From an uncultured Spirochaetota bacterium (GTDB lineage: Bacteria; Spirochaetota; Spirochaetia; SZUA-6; DRHE01): a stretch of DNA of 64,000 nucleotides. Position 1 is the first letter of the stretch; each line of letters opens with the position of its first letter. A program made the translations under genes and the position numbers. The stretch is taken from the NCBI GenBank assembly GCA_963745745.1, contig CAVUYS010000072.1:5167-69166 (forward strand). Direction: 5' to 3'. Of the stretch, positions 63,129-64,000 are shown one piece after another. The notes beneath the pieces were generated by a model. It was not told the DNA's origin, made no database searches, and saw only the letters and a program-made list of their open reading frames with translations.

Positions 63129-64000
63129 TCAATCCCCGGCCAGCAGGCGCTTCACCTCCGCGGTGCGCCTGTCCAGGGCTTCCCGGTCGCGCGCCTCCAG
63201 CCGCACCCGCAGCAGGGGCTCGGTGTTGCTGGCCCGCACGTTGAACCAGCAGTCCTCCAGCTCCACGCCGATGCCGTCCAGGCGGTCCAGGCGAGCCGCG
63301 GCGAAATGCCTGGTCACCCGGGCCAGGGCGGCATCCTTGTCCCGGATCTCGATGTTGATCTCCTCGGACTGCACGTAGCGGCCGGCCAGCGGGGCCACCA
63401 GCTCGGAGAGGGGGCGCCCGCGCTTGGCCAGCAGCTTCAGCAGCACCACCAGGGCGTAGGCCGCCGACTCGGTGTAGAAGCGGTCGGTCACCTTGAAGTA
63501 CACGTGGCCGGAGGTTTCCGCGCCGAACAGGGCCCCTTCGGCCACCATGGCGTCATAGATGAAGGTATAGCCCACCTTGGAGACCACCGGCTTGCCGCCC
63601 AGCTCGCGGATGCGCTCCGGCAGGGCCCGGGAGGAAATCAGGTCGTAGACCACCGCCGCGCCGGGGCGGTGGGCCAGCAGCTCTTCCGCGATCAGGGCGG
63701 CGATGAAGTAGTTCGGGACCGCCTCGCCGCGTTCGTCCAGGAAGACCACCCGGTCCCCGTCCCCGTCCAGCAGCGCGCCCAGCTCCGCCCCGCCCTCGCG
63801 CAGGCGGAGGGCGGCGGCCCGGCGACTGTCGGGATGAAGGGGATTGGGGCCGCGGTTGGGAAAGCGGCCATCGGGCTCCCCGTTCAGGATCACCGCCTCC
63901 AGGCCCAGGCGCTCGGCAAGGCGGCGGAACACCCGCCCGGCGGAGCCGTTGCCCACGTCGATCACCACCCGGCGGGCGAGCTTCTCCTTGCCGGCGACCT
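63129..64000 (-). CDS. Phosphomannomutase/phosphoglucomutase (C-terminal ~290 aa; the gene continues beyond the window)
   Basis: Motifs seen: VIDVGNGSAG, DGDGDRVVFLDE, GAETSGHVYF and RASNTEPLLRVRLEA. The frame is open to position 64000. Confidence 0.88.
   Translation of the reverse strand, partial: VAGKEKLARRVVIDVGNGSAGRVFRRLAERLGLEAVILNGEPDGRFPNRGPNPLHPDSRRAAALRLREGGAELGALLDGDGDRVVFLDERGEAVPNYFIAALIAEELLAHRPGAAVVYDLISSRALPERIRELGGKPVVSKVGYTFIYDAMVAEGALFGAETSGHVYFKVTDRFYTESAAYALVVLLKLLAKRGRPLSELVAPLAGRYVQSEEINIEIRDKDAALARVTRHFAAARLDRLDGIGVELEDCWFNVRASNTEPLLRVRLEARDREALDRRTAEVKRLLAGD

Overview
High-GC bacterial chromosome segment. Hand counts on single 60-nt lines give about 65-83% GC in most genes. 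The lineage is probably an uncultured FCB-superphylum-like one, judged from a T9SS-type C-terminal sorting domain and a PorV/PorQ-like barrel. At the left end sit a ~3.4-kb AT-rich block (~37% GC on a hand-counted line) and a VirE-type mobile-element relic. Core genes: two SDRs, a HAD hydrolase, lrgAB, a DHH-CBS phosphoesterase, a SMUG-type uracil glycosylase, DUF362, RNHCP, rsgA, a BMP-family ABC transporter operon, arfB-carB-carA, gnd-zwf, DUF1015, kdpDE joined to a trkA-trkA-trkH operon, groEL without groES, DUF1028, an MFS exporter, DUF401, rel-prmC-prfA and a phosphomannomutase. Main leads: (1) A eukaryote-like C-14 sterol reductase (ERG24/TM7SF2-type) lies convergent and overlapping with a TMEM97/EBP-like EXPERA protein, in a lower-GC patch. 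A perfect 20-bp palindrome abuts the EXPERA ribosome-binding site. (2) A three-gene outer-membrane operon encodes an Ig-repeat cargo with a T9SS C-terminal domain, a PorV-like barrel split by a ~470-aa coiled-coil insertion, and a ~1,700-aa giant outer-membrane protein with possible SprA-like motifs. (3) An AT-rich islet carries an ATPase plus TOPRIM-like pair, a second ATPase, a 21-bp phased repeat array and an ori-like iteron structure. Major caveat: by my manual count roughly 40 frameshifts interrupt about 23 genes, including essential ones (prfA, carB, rel). This points to uncorrected indel errors rather than true pseudogenes. Several gene ends are therefore reconstructed across frames. 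All family assignments come from motif recognition by eye, not from searches.
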